A DNA stretch of 64,000 bases from assembly GCA_050253335.1 (NCBI GenBank), contig JBFWJG010000004.1:1-64000 (forward strand), written 5' to 3'. The translations under genes and the position numbers were made by a program. Of the stretch, positions 36,920 to 47,668 are shown piece after piece. The notes under the pieces were generated by a model. The model was not told the DNA's origin. It ran no database searches and worked only from the letters and a program-made list of their open reading frames with translations. Numbering within the stretch: the first letter of the stretch is position 1; every line of letters starts with the position of its first letter. The DNA is from Deferribacterales bacterium. Its GTDB lineage: Bacteria > Chrysiogenota > Deferribacteres > Deferribacterales > Geovibrionaceae.

Positions 36920-37982
36920 GTTCCATACCTCTTGCTATTATTTCAGGGCTGTTCAGATATTTTATACCCGCCAGCCTGTCTTTTACTTCCTGTTTCTGTG
37001 ACCACTCAATCATTTCTTTAAGCCTTTCCGGATTTGACCCGCTCTCCGTCATAACCTTCGCTATGCCGAGTTTTTCGGCGAAGAGGGCATTGTAAAGCTG
37101 GTGTTCGTCCGCGGCCTGCGCGAATGGAACAAAAACAGCGGGACGGCGCGCGTACATGGTTTCAAAAACAGTGCCTGAACCCGCGCGGGCTATGACCACA
37201 TCCGCTTTTTCGTATTCATCCGCCACGTTCTCTATGTAGCTCCGCACATCCGCCTCTGCGCCTGCATTGCGGTAGTCCTCAAGAGCTTCGTCATAAAGCT
37301 TCGCGCCCGCCTGATGGGTTATGCTCCATCCTGCGTCCTTCAGCGTTTTTGCCGATTTCGCCATGAGCCTGTTTAGAAACCTGCTCCCCTGACTTCCGCC
37401 GAGAACCAGAATCCGCTTGGTCTGCTCAGCCTTCGGTGTGCAGGAGGCAAACTCAGTCCTGACAGGATTGCCCGCGTGCACCGTGTTCCCTTTCGCCTTG
37501 AGCGTTCCCTCAAATGAGAGGAAAACCTTTCTGCTGAAAACGGCGAATATTCTGTTGGTAAGCCCCATCACACTGTTCTGCTCGTGCAGATACAGCCTTG
37601 CACCCTTAAGCACTGCGGCTACTGCGGGTGCTGCCGCGGCGAAACCGCCTGTGAGGAGCACAGTGTCTGTCTTCTTTATTTTTTTAAGCATCCTGAAGAC
37701 TTCCCTGACAAGGAGCATGACGGAGCGTATTCTGCCCGCCGTGCCTATTCCTTTGAGGGGAGTCTGCGGCTGTTCGTAAAAGTCATATCCTTTTGCCGAA
37801 AGTATCTTTTTCTCGATCCCTCTGTCTGAGACCATGAAAAATACTTCCACATCCTTATCCCTCAGATAATCCGCAACGGCGATTCCCGGATAAAGATGTC
37901 CGCCCGTACCGCCGCCGGCTATCACTAGTCTTCTTGCTTTGCGCACGGCGAATCTCCCTCCGTGGAGTTTTTCTTCATTCAT
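36912..37982 (-). CDS. murG: MurG glycosyltransferase
   Basis: GGGTGGH.YP, HEQN, GNPVR, GGSQG, HQ..NA. Confidence 0.97.
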   Translation of the reverse strand: MNEEKLHGGRFAVRKARRLVIAGGGTGGHLYPGIAVADYLRDKDVEVFFMVSDRGIEKKILSAKGYDFYEQPQTPLKGIGTAGRIRSVMLLVREVFRMLKKIKKTDTVLLTGGFAAAAPAVAAVLKGARLYLHEQNSVMGLTNRIFAVFSRKVFLSFEGTLKAKGNTVHAGNPVRTEFASCTPKAEQTKRILVLGGSQGSRFLNRLMAKSAKTLKDAGWSITHQAGAKLYDEALEDYRNAGAEADVRSYIENVADEYEKADVVIARAGSGTVFETMYARRPAVFVPFAQAADEHQLYNALFAEKLGIAKVMTESGSNPERLKEMIEWSQKQEVKDRLAGIKYLNSPEIIARGMELD

Positions 37983-39064
37983 GAGCCCGCCTCCTCTGCA
38001 CTGCGCAGAAGAACGCCGACCATAAGAAGGGAGATCATCATGTTCGAACCGCCGTAGCTGACCAGCGGGAGGCCGATTCCCTTTGTGGGAAGGAGACCCG
38101 TAACCACTGATATATGAAGCAGAGCCTGAACAAACAGGCTGAAAGCCAGCCCGAATGTGAGCAGTTTATAGAAAAGCTCCTTGTGCCTGAGAGCCACCTT
38201 CACGCTTATTATAAAAAAGGCCGTCACCGTAACAAGAACCGCGAGGGAGCCCAGAAGCCCTGTTTCCTCTGCGATTATCGCGTATATGAAGTCCGTATGC
38301 GCCTCGGGGAGAAAGTAAAGCTTCTGGGAGGAGTTGCCCACTCCCTTGCCGAATATCCCGCCGCTGCCCACTGCAGTGAGCGACTGCACAAGCTGATAGC
38401 CTGTTCCGTAGCGGTCTTCCCATGGGTCCAGGAAGCTCATTATCCTGCCCTTCCTGTAACCCATGAAAAGCCCTGCGGTTATAATAGGAGCGATGAACCC
38501 TATGACGCCGATCATGTGGCGCATGTGGGCACCGCCTATCAGAAACAGCGTGAATGACACGCAGATTATAAGCAGTGTTGTTCCGTAGTCCGGCTCGCTA
38601 AGTATAAGCGCGCCGATTATCCCCAGCATTATGGAAGCGGGGAGGAAGCCTGTGGTAAAGTCGTTGAGCCTGCCTTCCTTCTTGTCCAGATAGTGGGCAA
38701 GATAAAGTATGCAGGTGAATTTTGCCAGTTCCGAAGGCTGAAGGCTGAACCCGGGGAGAAGGATCCACCTGTGCGAACCGTTCAGCTTGGGGAAAAAGAA
38801 CACGGAAATCAGCAGTATCAGTGTCAGGAAATAGAGCGCCGGCACAAATCTGCGCCATGTTTTCAGCGGGATGCTGTATGCGCCGTACATGAGCCCCAGA
38901 CCTATGAAGACCGCCAGAAGCTGCTTGTTGAAGAAGTAAAGCTCGCCTTTGTCCAGCCTGAGAGCCTGTATTGAGCCCGCAGAGAACACGAATATCAGCC
39001 CCAAGGTTATGAGGACTGAGGCGATTATCAGAATTTGCAGCCGTTCGTCTTTAATCTGAAACAC
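37979..39064 (-). CDS. ftsW: Peptidoglycan glycosyltransferase FtsW
   Basis: QPSE.AK, PD.G, PEAHTDFI, LP..SYGGS. Confidence 0.96.
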   Translation of the reverse strand: MFQIKDERLQILIIASVLITLGLIFVFSAGSIQALRLDKGELYFFNKQLLAVFIGLGLMYGAYSIPLKTWRRFVPALYFLTLILLISVFFFPKLNGSHRWILLPGFSLQPSELAKFTCILYLAHYLDKKEGRLNDFTTGFLPASIMLGIIGALILSEPDYGTTLLIICVSFTLFLIGGAHMRHMIGVIGFIAPIITAGLFMGYRKGRIMSFLDPWEDRYGTGYQLVQSLTAVGSGGIFGKGVGNSSQKLYFLPEAHTDFIYAIIAEETGLLGSLAVLVTVTAFFIISVKVALRHKELFYKLLTFGLAFSLFVQALLHISVVTGLLPTKGIGLPLVSYGGSNMMISLLMVGVLLRSAEEAGS

Positions 39065-39065
39065 T

Positions 39066-40325
39066 TTATTTTCCGCCGAGTTCCTTTACTATCTGCATGA
39101 ATCTCTCTCCGCGCTCCTCGAAATTGTTGAAGCTGTCGTAGCTTGAGCATGCTGGTGTGAGTATAACGTTGCTCCCTTTCGGGGCTACGTTAAGGCCTGT
39201 TTTTATTGCCTGCTCCATGGTGGGAGCGGTTACAAAGTCGCATGTGAGAAGCCCTTTAAGCTTATCCTTTATCACGCCCGCCGCTTCGCCGTAGGCTATC
39301 ACGGTGCTTGCCGCCCTGTTGAGCTCGTCGGCCAGAAGACCGAAGTCCCCGTTCTTGTCCCGCCCGCCGAGTATGATAACGTTCCCCGCCTTTGCGCCTT
39401 TAAGGCAGGCGAGGGTGGAGTAAACATTTGTGGCTTTTGAGTCGTTTATGAAACTGACCCCGTCAATCGTGCCGGAATACTCGCACCTGTGCGGAAGTCC
39501 TCTGAGGTTTTCCACCGCAGGGGTTATATCGCCTTTGAAGTTCAGCAGGCTGTCCGCTGAAACAAGGGAAAAGGCGAGATTAAGGAGGTTGTGAGTTCCG
39601 AACAGCGGAAATCTTGCCGTGTCCAGACTGTACGCTCCGAAATCCATCGTTTTCCCTGTGAGTTTCGGGAAGCCGTTCATGGCCTCGTTTATTATAATTC
39701 TTCTGCCTTTGTAGTATTCAGCGTGCTTCAGAAGCTCGGCCTCATCGGGCAGAACGGCAAAGCCGTCATCTTTCACGAACCTGAGCACGTCCATTTTCGC
39801 TTTTATGTAGGCTTCATAGCTCGGATATCTGTCCAGATGATCCGGAGCGAGGTTGGTAACCGCCGCCATATCAGCCTTAAAATTGCGCAGAAGCTCGATC
39901 TGGAAGCTGGAAAGTTCCAGAACAAACACATCGTACCCGCCTTTCAGCACCACTTCGCCGAACGGGATGCCTATGTTGCCGCATGCAACGGCTCTGAGCC
40001 CTGCGTTTTCCAGTATCTGCGCTGTGAGATAGGTCACTGTGGACTTGCCGTTTGTGCCTGTCATCACCATTATTTTTCCTTTTCCGGCGAGAGCTTCGTA
40101 AGCAAGTTCTATCTCGCTGGTAAGGTTATCTATTTTCAGCCCCCGCTTGATTATGTCGATGCCGGGGCTCACAGCCACCCTGTCATACCCGTTTTTAAAT
40201 TCGGATATGGAAGGATACGCGTTGTTTTTATCCTCAAAAATGTCAACCTGCACTGCGCCTGCGTGTCTGAGAAGGGTTTCAGCCGCTTTGCCGCTTTTGC
40301 CGTAGCCTAGTACTGCCGCTTTCAT
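39066..40325 (-). CDS. murD: UDP-MurNAc-L-Ala--D-Glu ligase
   Basis: TGTNGKST, ELSSFQ, DHLDR, NDSKATN, FEERG. Confidence 0.97.
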   Translation of the reverse strand: MKAAVLGYGKSGKAAETLLRHAGAVQVDIFEDKNNAYPSISEFKNGYDRVAVSPGIDIIKRGLKIDNLTSEIELAYEALAGKGKIMVMTGTNGKSTVTYLTAQILENAGLRAVACGNIGIPFGEVVLKGGYDVFVLELSSFQIELLRNFKADMAAVTNLAPDHLDRYPSYEAYIKAKMDVLRFVKDDGFAVLPDEAELLKHAEYYKGRRIIINEAMNGFPKLTGKTMDFGAYSLDTARFPLFGTHNLLNLAFSLVSADSLLNFKGDITPAVENLRGLPHRCEYSGTIDGVSFINDSKATNVYSTLACLKGAKAGNVIILGGRDKNGDFGLLADELNRAASTVIAYGEAAGVIKDKLKGLLTCDFVTAPTMEQAIKTGLNVAPKGSNVILTPACSSYDSFNNFEERGERFMQIVKELGGK

Positions 40326-40331
40326 AGTTCT

Positions 40332-41417
40332 TTACCTCAGTTTAAGCGTACTGAGCGCAATGAGCGCCAGAACGAAGGAAATAATCCAGAACCGCACGGT
40401 TATTTTCGTTTCGCTCCATCCTTTGAGCTCGAAGTGGTGATGAATGGGCGCCATTCTGAAAAGACGCTTTCCGTGAGTGGCCTTGTAAAAGCCCACCTGA
40501 AGGATAACGCTTACCGTTTCGATGACAAACACGCCTCCGACTATGGCAAGCACAAGCTCATGCTTGGAGATAACGGACACTATGCCCATTGCTCCGCCTA
40601 TGGAGAGGCTTCCCACATCCCCCATGAACACGCTCGCGGGGAAGGCGTTGTACCAGAGAAAGCCCAGTCCCGCGCCGACCATAGCGCCGCAGAATACCGC
40701 AAGCTCCCCCGAACCTTTTACATAAATGATGTTCAGATAGTGCGCAAACTCGCTGTGTCCCGTGAAGTAAACAAAAAAACACAGTGTGCCGAACGAGATA
40801 ACCGAAGGCGCTATGGCAAGTCCGTCCAGCCCGTCCGTGATGTTCACCGCGTTTGATGTGCCCACTATGACAAACAGGGCGAACACAAAATAGAATATCG
40901 AAAGGTCTATCACCGCGGTTTTCAGGAAGGGCATGGCGAGAACTGTCGCCGTTTTCCCTTTATCCACATATATGATAAGCGCTATGGCTATTACTCCGGT
41001 AAAAACCTGCCCCCAGAACTTTGTCCTTGCCTTGAGCCCCTTGGGGTTCTTTTTTACTGTTTTAATATAGTCGTCCACGAAGCCTATGACACCGTATGAG
41101 ACGAAGGTGAATATTGTGATCCAAATGTACGGGTTGGTGAGATCCGCCCAGAGGAGGGTGGACACGCTGCCTGCGATCACTATCATTATTCCGCCCATTG
41201 TAGGCGTGCCTTCCTTAACCTTGTGGGTGGCGGGCTCAAAGCCTTTTGACTTCATGGAAAAGGCCATCTCCTTCAGCTTTCTTATGATGAACGGAGCGAT
41301 AATAAGCGTAATGACCAGAGCGGTAAGGGTCGCATACGCCGTGCGGAATGTGATGTAGCGGAAGACGTTGAAAATGCTCCAGACGTCTGATAACGGAACC
41401 AGCAGGTTATACAGCAC
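40332..41417 (-). CDS. mraY: Phospho-N-acetylmuramoyl-pentapeptide transferase
   Basis: GTPTMGG, NAVN.TDGLDGL, FMGD.GS, MAPIHHHFE. Confidence 0.98.
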   Translation of the reverse strand: MLYNLLVPLSDVWSIFNVFRYITFRTAYATLTALVITLIIAPFIIRKLKEMAFSMKSKGFEPATHKVKEGTPTMGGIMIVIAGSVSTLLWADLTNPYIWITIFTFVSYGVIGFVDDYIKTVKKNPKGLKARTKFWGQVFTGVIAIALIIYVDKGKTATVLAMPFLKTAVIDLSIFYFVFALFVIVGTSNAVNITDGLDGLAIAPSVISFGTLCFFVYFTGHSEFAHYLNIIYVKGSGELAVFCGAMVGAGLGFLWYNAFPASVFMGDVGSLSIGGAMGIVSVISKHELVLAIVGGVFVIETVSVILQVGFYKATHGKRLFRMAPIHHHFELKGWSETKITVRFWIISFVLALIALSTLKLR

Positions 41418-42762
41418 GCTTCTTTCTCTCCTGTTCCAGAAAGCTTATAAAGTCCTCGAACTTCCTTGCTCTGGACGCTTTTATAAGAACCAGACCCTCC
41501 TCTATGAGAGCCACGGTTTCGTTAGCTTTTTCCTTTGTGGGCGCTGTTGTTATGTTCGCTGTTTCGGCGAATTTGCAGTAGCTCTGCCCCACGAATATGA
41601 AGTTTATTTCTGTCAGGCTTTTGGCCAGCTTATAAAGCTTGAGGTAAAGCATCTCCTCGAAGCCTTCTATTTCGCCCATTTCGCCTATTATGGCGTATTT
41701 TTTGGGTGCGTTTATCTCGGCAAGGTTTTTAACCGCGCTCATTATGGATTCGAACCCTGCATTGTAGGTGTCGTCTATTACCTTGATGCCGCCGACGCTT
41801 ACCATCGCCCCTCTGCCCGTTACGGGTTTGAAGGCGAGTATGCCCGTCATCACATCCTGATAGTCAAGTCCGGCTTCAAAGCCGATGCCTATAGCCGCCA
41901 GTGAGTTGGCTATGAAGTGGTCATAGGGGTGGTTCAGCATAAAGCAGTAGGGCACACCCCTGTAAACCGCCGTGAAGTAGAACTGCTCCCTGTTGTTTCG
42001 CCCTGCGTCCGCGAGGATCACGTCGGCGTTCATGCCTTCTCCGAAGTATTTCACGTCAACCGCGCCCATAACCCGCTCATCCAGATACATGCGGCATGAT
42101 TCATGCACCCAGAGGGTTCCGCCGTTCATGCCGTTTATGATGGAGAGCTTCTCCTCGGCGAGTTTTTCCATGCTCCCCATTCTGCCTATGTGGGCGTGGC
42201 CTATGCCTGTGAGCACAGCCACATCCGGCTTGAGGTACATGGAGAGCTGTCCTATCTCCCCGGGGGAGTTTGTGCCGAATTCGAAAACGGCGCAGCTTGT
42301 CCTCATGTTGAGGTTGGCGGCGCAGATGGCAACCCCCAGTTCGTTGTTGTAATTGCCGTATGCGGTGTAAACCTTTTTACGGGTGCGCAGAACGGAGCTT
42401 ATCAGCTCCTTGGTGCTGGTTTTGCCCATGCTGCCCGTAATGGCTATTTTTGTTCCCTTGTAGTTTTTGAGCTTATATGCGCCCAGTGCTTTTATGGCGC
42501 TCAGCCCGTCACGGACAAGCACCTTGTTTCCGTTCAGGGTTTCATATATTTTGCCGTCGTCCACTATGACCAGAGACGCGCCCGCGTCCAGAGCCTTCTG
42601 TGCGTAAAGGTTTCCGTCGGTGTTCTCGCCGGAAAGAGCCGTAAAAATATCGCCTTCCTCGACATTTCTGCTGTCGATAACAAGTTTTTTCACGTGCAGA
42701 TCAAAAGGTGTGTCCGCTTTGATTACGCCGCCGAGGGCGTTTACGATCTCTTTCAGCTTCAT
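41407..42762 (-). CDS. murF: UDP-MurNAc-tripeptide--D-Ala-D-Ala ligase
   Basis: TGS.GKT, GN.NNE.G, DDTYNA. Confidence 0.95.
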   Translation of the reverse strand: MKLKEIVNALGGVIKADTPFDLHVKKLVIDSRNVEEGDIFTALSGENTDGNLYAQKALDAGASLVIVDDGKIYETLNGNKVLVRDGLSAIKALGAYKLKNYKGTKIAITGSMGKTSTKELISSVLRTRKKVYTAYGNYNNELGVAICAANLNMRTSCAVFEFGTNSPGEIGQLSMYLKPDVAVLTGIGHAHIGRMGSMEKLAEEKLSIINGMNGGTLWVHESCRMYLDERVMGAVDVKYFGEGMNADVILADAGRNNREQFYFTAVYRGVPYCFMLNHPYDHFIANSLAAIGIGFEAGLDYQDVMTGILAFKPVTGRGAMVSVGGIKVIDDTYNAGFESIMSAVKNLAEINAPKKYAIIGEMGEIEGFEEMLYLKLYKLAKSLTEINFIFVGQSYCKFAETANITTAPTKEKANETVALIEEGLVLIKASRARKFEDFISFLEQERKKRAV

Positions 42763-42782
42763 CCATTTCCTCCGGGTCTGTC

Positions 42783-44228
42783 TTAATCCTGTTTAAGGAA
42801 CTTTCTGACTTCTTCCCTGTCGTCAAAATGAATTTTCTCTTTTCCTATAACCATGTAATCCTCATGCCCCTTTCCGGCTATGAGGATGATGTCGTTCGGC
42901 TCCGCCTTCATGAGGGCGCTTTTGATCGCTTCTCCCCTGTCGGGACAGATAACGACCTTTTCGGCGTTCTCAAATCCTTTGAGAATATCCTCTATAATCT
43001 GCTGAGGGTCTTCCGTTCTGGGGTTGTCGCTGGTCACTATTATTTCGTCCGAGCAGTTCTCGGCCGCTTTTGCCATTCTGGGGCGCTTTGTCCTATCACG
43101 GTCTCCGCCGCAGCCGAAGATTGTTGTTATCTTCGTCTTCTTAAAGGGCGTAAGGGCTTCAAGCACGTTTATGAGTGCATCGTCAGTGTGTGCGTAGTCA
43201 ACAAAAACGAATGCACCGTTCACTTCAAATTTTTCCAGCCTGCCCGGTACATTTTTGAGGTTTTCTATCCCCGCCGCTATGGCTTCATCGTTTATGCCGA
43301 GGGCTATGGCCGCTGAAACAGCCGCCAGTATGTTTTCAAGGTTGTGCAGTCCCACAAGGGTTGTGCGTATGTTGAACGTGTTGCCCGGGTAGCGCACTCT
43401 GGCGGTTATGCCGTTAAGGGTGAAGCCTATCTCCTCCGCGGAGATTTCCGCTCTTTCGCTGACTCCGTATTTTATGGTGTCTATGCTTTTTTCTTTTATC
43501 AGCCTCATGCCGTAGTCATTGTCCATATTCACCACGGCTATGTTGGCGTAATCCTCCTGGAAGAGCCTGCGCTTTGCGGTGAAGTACTCCTCCATTGTGT
43601 GGTGGTAGTCCAAATGATCGCCCGAGAGGTTGGTGAACAGGGCAACGTCAAACTTTGTGCCGTAGAGCCTCTGCTGGTCGAGCGCGTGTGAGGAAACCTC
43701 GACAGCCAGAGCGTCGCACCCGTCTGCGGCGGCGTCTGCCAGCACCTTGTAGTAATCGTATGATGAAGGCGTGGTGACGTTCGAGGGAACATCCTTGCCT
43801 GCGTATCTGTGTCCTGTGGTTCCCATTCTCAGGGGCTTTTTGCCTGCGGCCGCCATGATGGATTCCAGCAGGTATGTCACTGTTGTTTTACCGTTTGTTC
43901 CGGTTACGCCTACCTTCTCCATCTTCTCGTCCGGCCTGCCGAAGAAGTTTCTGCATGCAAGAGCAAGCGCCTTTCTTCCGTCAGCTACGATTACAGTGGG
44001 GATGTTCTCAAGCTTCCTCTCAGCGGCGACAAACAGCACCTTTCCTTCCGCGTAAACCTTTTCCGCCACGCTGTGGGAGTCGAAAGTGGAGCCGGAATAG
44101 GCGAAGAACACACAGCCTTCCCTTATATCTCTGCTGTCGAAGCATACCGCCTTAACATCCGCCTCAAAATTGACATCGGCGTCAAATCCGGTAATTGATA
44201 TTCCGTCAAAAAGGTTAAATGCTTTCAT
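42783..44228 (-). CDS. murE: UDP-MurNAc-dipeptide--meso-DAP ligase
   Basis: TGTNGKTT, EVSSH, DYAHT, DNPR (DAP-specific), AGKGHE; start at 44228 or 44234. Confidence 0.97.
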   Translation of the reverse strand: MKAFNLFDGISITGFDADVNFEADVKAVCFDSRDIREGCVFFAYSGSTFDSHSVAEKVYAEGKVLFVAAERKLENIPTVIVADGRKALALACRNFFGRPDEKMEKVGVTGTNGKTTVTYLLESIMAAAGKKPLRMGTTGHRYAGKDVPSNVTTPSSYDYYKVLADAAADGCDALAVEVSSHALDQQRLYGTKFDVALFTNLSGDHLDYHHTMEEYFTAKRRLFQEDYANIAVVNMDNDYGMRLIKEKSIDTIKYGVSERAEISAEEIGFTLNGITARVRYPGNTFNIRTTLVGLHNLENILAAVSAAIALGINDEAIAAGIENLKNVPGRLEKFEVNGAFVFVDYAHTDDALINVLEALTPFKKTKITTIFGCGGDRDRTKRPRMAKAAENCSDEIIVTSDNPRTEDPQQIIEDILKGFENAEKVVICPDRGEAIKSALMKAEPNDIILIAGKGHEDYMVIGKEKIHFDDREEVRKFLKQD

Positions 44229-45894
44229 CGACATCTTTCCCCTGTAGGCCGAGATAAAGCGAAGTAAGCTCAGCAAGCCTTCTGAAAGTTACCGCGGCTG
44301 TGGAGCCGCCGTAGATGCTGAGTTTCGGGCTGTCGTAAACGACCACCATCGCAACTCCCGGATTTTGCGCAGGGTAGAATCCGGCAAAGCTCGCCGTGTA
44401 TTCCCTGCTGCTGTACGCTCCCGAGGCCTTGTCAAATTTCTGCCCCGTGCCTGTTTTGCCTGCTATCTCCACGAACGAGGATTTAGCCTTCTGCCCTGTT
44501 CCTTCCCTGACAACATCCGCGAGGAGAGCCCGCATCGCAGCCGAGGTTGCTTCGGACATAACCGGCGTTTTCTGAGGTTCGGGAGATTCCTCACGTCCGT
44601 TTTTTTCCACCTTCTCAACTATGGAAGGTGTAACGAGAAAACCGCCGTTAGCCACGGCGGCGTAAAATCTTGCCATCTGAAGAGGTGTTACAAGTATCTC
44701 TTGCCCCATGGAAAGGGAGGGCCGCGACAGTCCCGACCATTGCTTATAATTCCGCAGGAGCCCGTCCTCTTCGCTTATTCCGCTTATTCCGGTTTTCTGT
44801 CCGAAACCGGCGCTGCGCATATAATCGTAAAAATCTCTCCGGTCGACCTTGTCCGTGAGCTTTATCATTCCTATGTTGCTGGATTTAACCAGAACCTCTT
44901 TTGCTGTTGCCATGCCAAGCGGCTTAACGTCTTTTACCGTGTGTCCGTGGATTTTAAACTTTCCGTTTTCGCAGTTGACTGTTTTTGCAAGGTCAAGCCC
45001 CTGTTTTTCCAGAAGGTAGGAAAAGGCAACGGGCTTATATATGGACCCGGGTTCAAAAAGGAAAGTAGCTACATCGTTTTTCCATGTTTTGTCGCTGTAG
45101 CGGCTGTAGTTGTTGGGATCGTAGTTGTCGCTGGAGGCGGCGAATATCACGTCTCCTGTTTTTATGTCTATGCCCACCGCTATGCCGCGCTCGGCGTTGA
45201 ACTCCTCCACGCCTTTGCGGAGAAGGTATTCCGCAGTACCCTGAAGGTAGGTGTCTATTGTCACGTAGAGGGCGCTTTCCGCATGGGTTTTCGCCTTGTT
45301 GTCCTCAAAAAGGATAAGGTGTCCTTTGTTGTCCTTGAGTGTCACAAGGTTTATCTTCTCGCCTTTGAGCACATCGTCATATCTGTTTTCAAGTCCCCAG
45401 AGCCCCTGATTGTCAACCCCTGTGAAGCCGATGATTGACGCGGCGAGATGCCGTTCGGGGTAGAATCTGTTTTCGCTGAGGGTGTACTCTATCTCCGGCA
45501 CAAGCTCCTTCACCTTTCTGGCGAGAGCTATGTTCACATTTCTCTCCACCCAGACGAAGCCTTCATTCTTGAGCAGTCTTGTTCTGGTGGTTTTGGAGAG
45601 CTTGATTCCCGCCTTGTTCAGTCTGTTTATGAAATCCTTTCTGTTTTTGAGGTTTGATGCAAAAACATAAAGGGACGCAACTTTCTTGTTCACCGCAAGG
45701 GGTTTTCCGTTGCGGTCATAAATTGTGCCTCTTCCTTTGTAGGCGGCGTATTCGCTTTCGGCCTGAGAGCCTGCGATTTCAGCGAAAAAGTCCCCTTTTA
45801 CCACCTGCAGAAAAAAAAGACGCCCCGAGATTATCACCCCGAGGACTATGGAAAGATAAATAAAGAATCTTATCCTGCTTCGTTCACTGAACAT
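44215..45894 (-). CDS. ftsI: Penicillin-binding protein FtsI/PBP3
   Basis: RG.IYDRNG, EPGSIYK (SxxK), SSN, KTGT. Confidence 0.95.
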   Translation of the reverse strand: MFSERSRIRFFIYLSIVLGVIISGRLFFLQVVKGDFFAEIAGSQAESEYAAYKGRGTIYDRNGKPLAVNKKVASLYVFASNLKNRKDFINRLNKAGIKLSKTTRTRLLKNEGFVWVERNVNIALARKVKELVPEIEYTLSENRFYPERHLAASIIGFTGVDNQGLWGLENRYDDVLKGEKINLVTLKDNKGHLILFEDNKAKTHAESALYVTIDTYLQGTAEYLLRKGVEEFNAERGIAVGIDIKTGDVIFAASSDNYDPNNYSRYSDKTWKNDVATFLFEPGSIYKPVAFSYLLEKQGLDLAKTVNCENGKFKIHGHTVKDVKPLGMATAKEVLVKSSNIGMIKLTDKVDRRDFYDYMRSAGFGQKTGISGISEEDGLLRNYKQWSGLSRPSLSMGQEILVTPLQMARFYAAVANGGFLVTPSIVEKVEKNGREESPEPQKTPVMSEATSAAMRALLADVVREGTGQKAKSSFVEIAGKTGTGQKFDKASGAYSSREYTASFAGFYPAQNPGVAMVVVYDSPKLSIYGGSTAAVTFRRLAELTSLYLGLQGKDVDESI

Positions 45895-46195
45895 TAAATG
45901 TCCTGTCCATATCAGGCAGAACCAGTCCCATGTTTTCCCCCATCTTGTAGAGGCTTGCAGTGTCCCGCATTTCGGACTGCTTTTCCTGCATGAGCTGATA
46001 CTGGATCTCCATTTCGTTTAAGTCCGCCGCCAGCCTGCTTATGGCGTAGCCTTCACGGACGCAGAGGTGTCTGACATATACTATGAGAAAGACCGATATA
46101 ATGAGCAGGGCCCACAAAAGAACCTTTCCGGTGCTTAGGGTGTTTTCGCCGTTTGATTCATAAACCTTGTCCCAGTAAATCGTTTTAGCTCTCAT
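45884..46195 (-). CDS. ftsL: Cell division protein FtsL
   Basis: Single TM plus coiled coil, between rsmH and ftsI. Confidence 0.75.
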   Translation of the reverse strand: MRAKTIYWDKVYESNGENTLSTGKVLLWALLIISVFLIVYVRHLCVREGYAISRLAADLNEMEIQYQLMQEKQSEMRDTASLYKMGENMGLVLPDMDRTFNVQ

Positions 46196-46272
46196 AGGTT
46201 CCTTCCCATGTCTGATAGTTTTATTAAGGCTCCCCGGACGGCGTACCCCGCCCGAGGAAACCTGCCTCTAAT

Positions 46273-47205
46273 TCAAGAGGATGACACCCTTTGTGCTGCT
46301 CTGAGCTTCGCGCTTCTGCTTAATGGATTTTCAGCCACTTCGGCCTCAGACGGAACCAGAGGTTTTCTTGTTAGCTGGCGGAATGTTCTCTTCTTTCCGC
46401 AGCGGCATAAAATCTGTTCAACAGGACAGATGCACTCTTTCTCAAAGTAGCGGAATTTCTCTTTCACCAGTCTGTCTTCCAGAGAGTGAAACGAAATAAA
46501 GGCAGCAATTCCGCCCGTCTCTACTCTTTCCTCAAGTTTGGAGAGCATGGTCTCAATCTCTTCCAGCTCTCCGTTCACATATATCCTGACCGCCTGAAAA
46601 GTCTGCGTGGCGGGGTGAAAACCTTTTTTGTGGAACTTAGCCGGAACAGCCTTGAACACTGTGTCCGCAAGTTCTTTTGTGGTGGAGAAGGGCTTTATGT
46701 CCCGCGCGCTGACTATAGCTCCTGCTATTCTCCATGCGAAGCGGTCCTCTCCGTACTTGTCGATGATGGAGGAAATCTCCTCCCTTGAGAATGTGTTTAC
46801 AACATCGGCGGCGGTGATGCCTTCCGTGTTGTCCATTCTCATGTCCAGCGGACCGTCCTCGCGGAAGGAAAAACCCCTCGCGCCGTCTCTCACCTGCATG
46901 GTGGAAACTCCGAAGTCCGCCAGTATTCCGTCAACTTTTTCGATGCCCAGTTCATCGAGCACTTCGTCAAAGCTTCCGAAGTTTTTATGGAACACCTGCA
47001 CATTGGAGCAGGATTTAAATCTTTCCCTGAGCCTCGCCACTGATTCCGGATCTCTGTCCAGAATTATGTGTCTGGCTTCCGGGGCGAGTCTTTCGTTCAT
47101 CGCGGCGGAGTGTCCGCCGAAGCCTCCTGTGAGGTCGAGAAGCACTCCTTCCCTCTTGGCCGGAAGAAACGAGAGCACCTCGTTAAGCAGAACGGATTTG
47201 TGCAT
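46273..47205 (-). CDS. rsmH: 16S rRNA m4C1402 methyltransferase
   Basis: H.SVLL.E, GGHS, RGFSF, PLDMRM, FHSLEDR, NP.SRSAKLR. Confidence 0.98.
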   Translation of the reverse strand: MHKSVLLNEVLSFLPAKREGVLLDLTGGFGGHSAAMNERLAPEARHIILDRDPESVARLRERFKSCSNVQVFHKNFGSFDEVLDELGIEKVDGILADFGVSTMQVRDGARGFSFREDGPLDMRMDNTEGITAADVVNTFSREEISSIIDKYGEDRFAWRIAGAIVSARDIKPFSTTKELADTVFKAVPAKFHKKGFHPATQTFQAVRIYVNGELEEIETMLSKLEERVETGGIAAFISFHSLEDRLVKEKFRYFEKECICPVEQILCRCGKKRTFRQLTRKPLVPSEAEVAENPLSRSAKLRAAQRVSSS

Positions 47206-47217
47206 TTTCCGCCCTCC

Positions 47218-47658
47218 TTAGAAGCTGTCCGCGAATTTGGCAAACAATGCTTCGAGCTTTTCGCCTCCGGTTGCTGATTCCCAGGCCGCCCTGTCCCATA
47301 TTTCCATACGGTTGCGGAAGCCGTTTATTATGCAGTCCCCTTCGAGGGAGTTATATTTTCTTACGTCCTGTGTTATTACTATGCGGCCGTTTTTGTCAAT
47401 GGAGCATTCATCCATCATTGAGTACAAACGGCGGAGAAATTCGTTTAATTCGGGGTTGCCGGACTGCTCCTGCTCCCAGCGCGCTTCCTGCTTTTCCCAC
47501 TCGGCGGCGGGGTACACACGGAGATGGCTTCCCATTGAGAGCAGAACGAGATCATCACTCTCATACTTGGAGCGGAGGATGTCCCGGAACTTTGACGGAA
47601 CGCTTATTCTGCCCGTCTCGCTGATTTTGTGTTCGTATTTTCCTTTGAAGCTGCCCAT
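47218..47658 (-). CDS. mraZ: Transcriptional regulator MraZ
   Basis: F.G.YEH....GR..VP..FR, D..GR, EIWD; first gene of dcw. Confidence 0.93.
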   Translation of the reverse strand: MGSFKGKYEHKISETGRISVPSKFRDILRSKYESDDLVLLSMGSHLRVYPAAEWEKQEARWEQEQSGNPELNEFLRRLYSMMDECSIDKNGRIVITQDVRKYNSLEGDCIINGFRNRMEIWDRAAWESATGGEKLEALFAKFADSF

Positions 47659-47668
47659 CTCACTTATG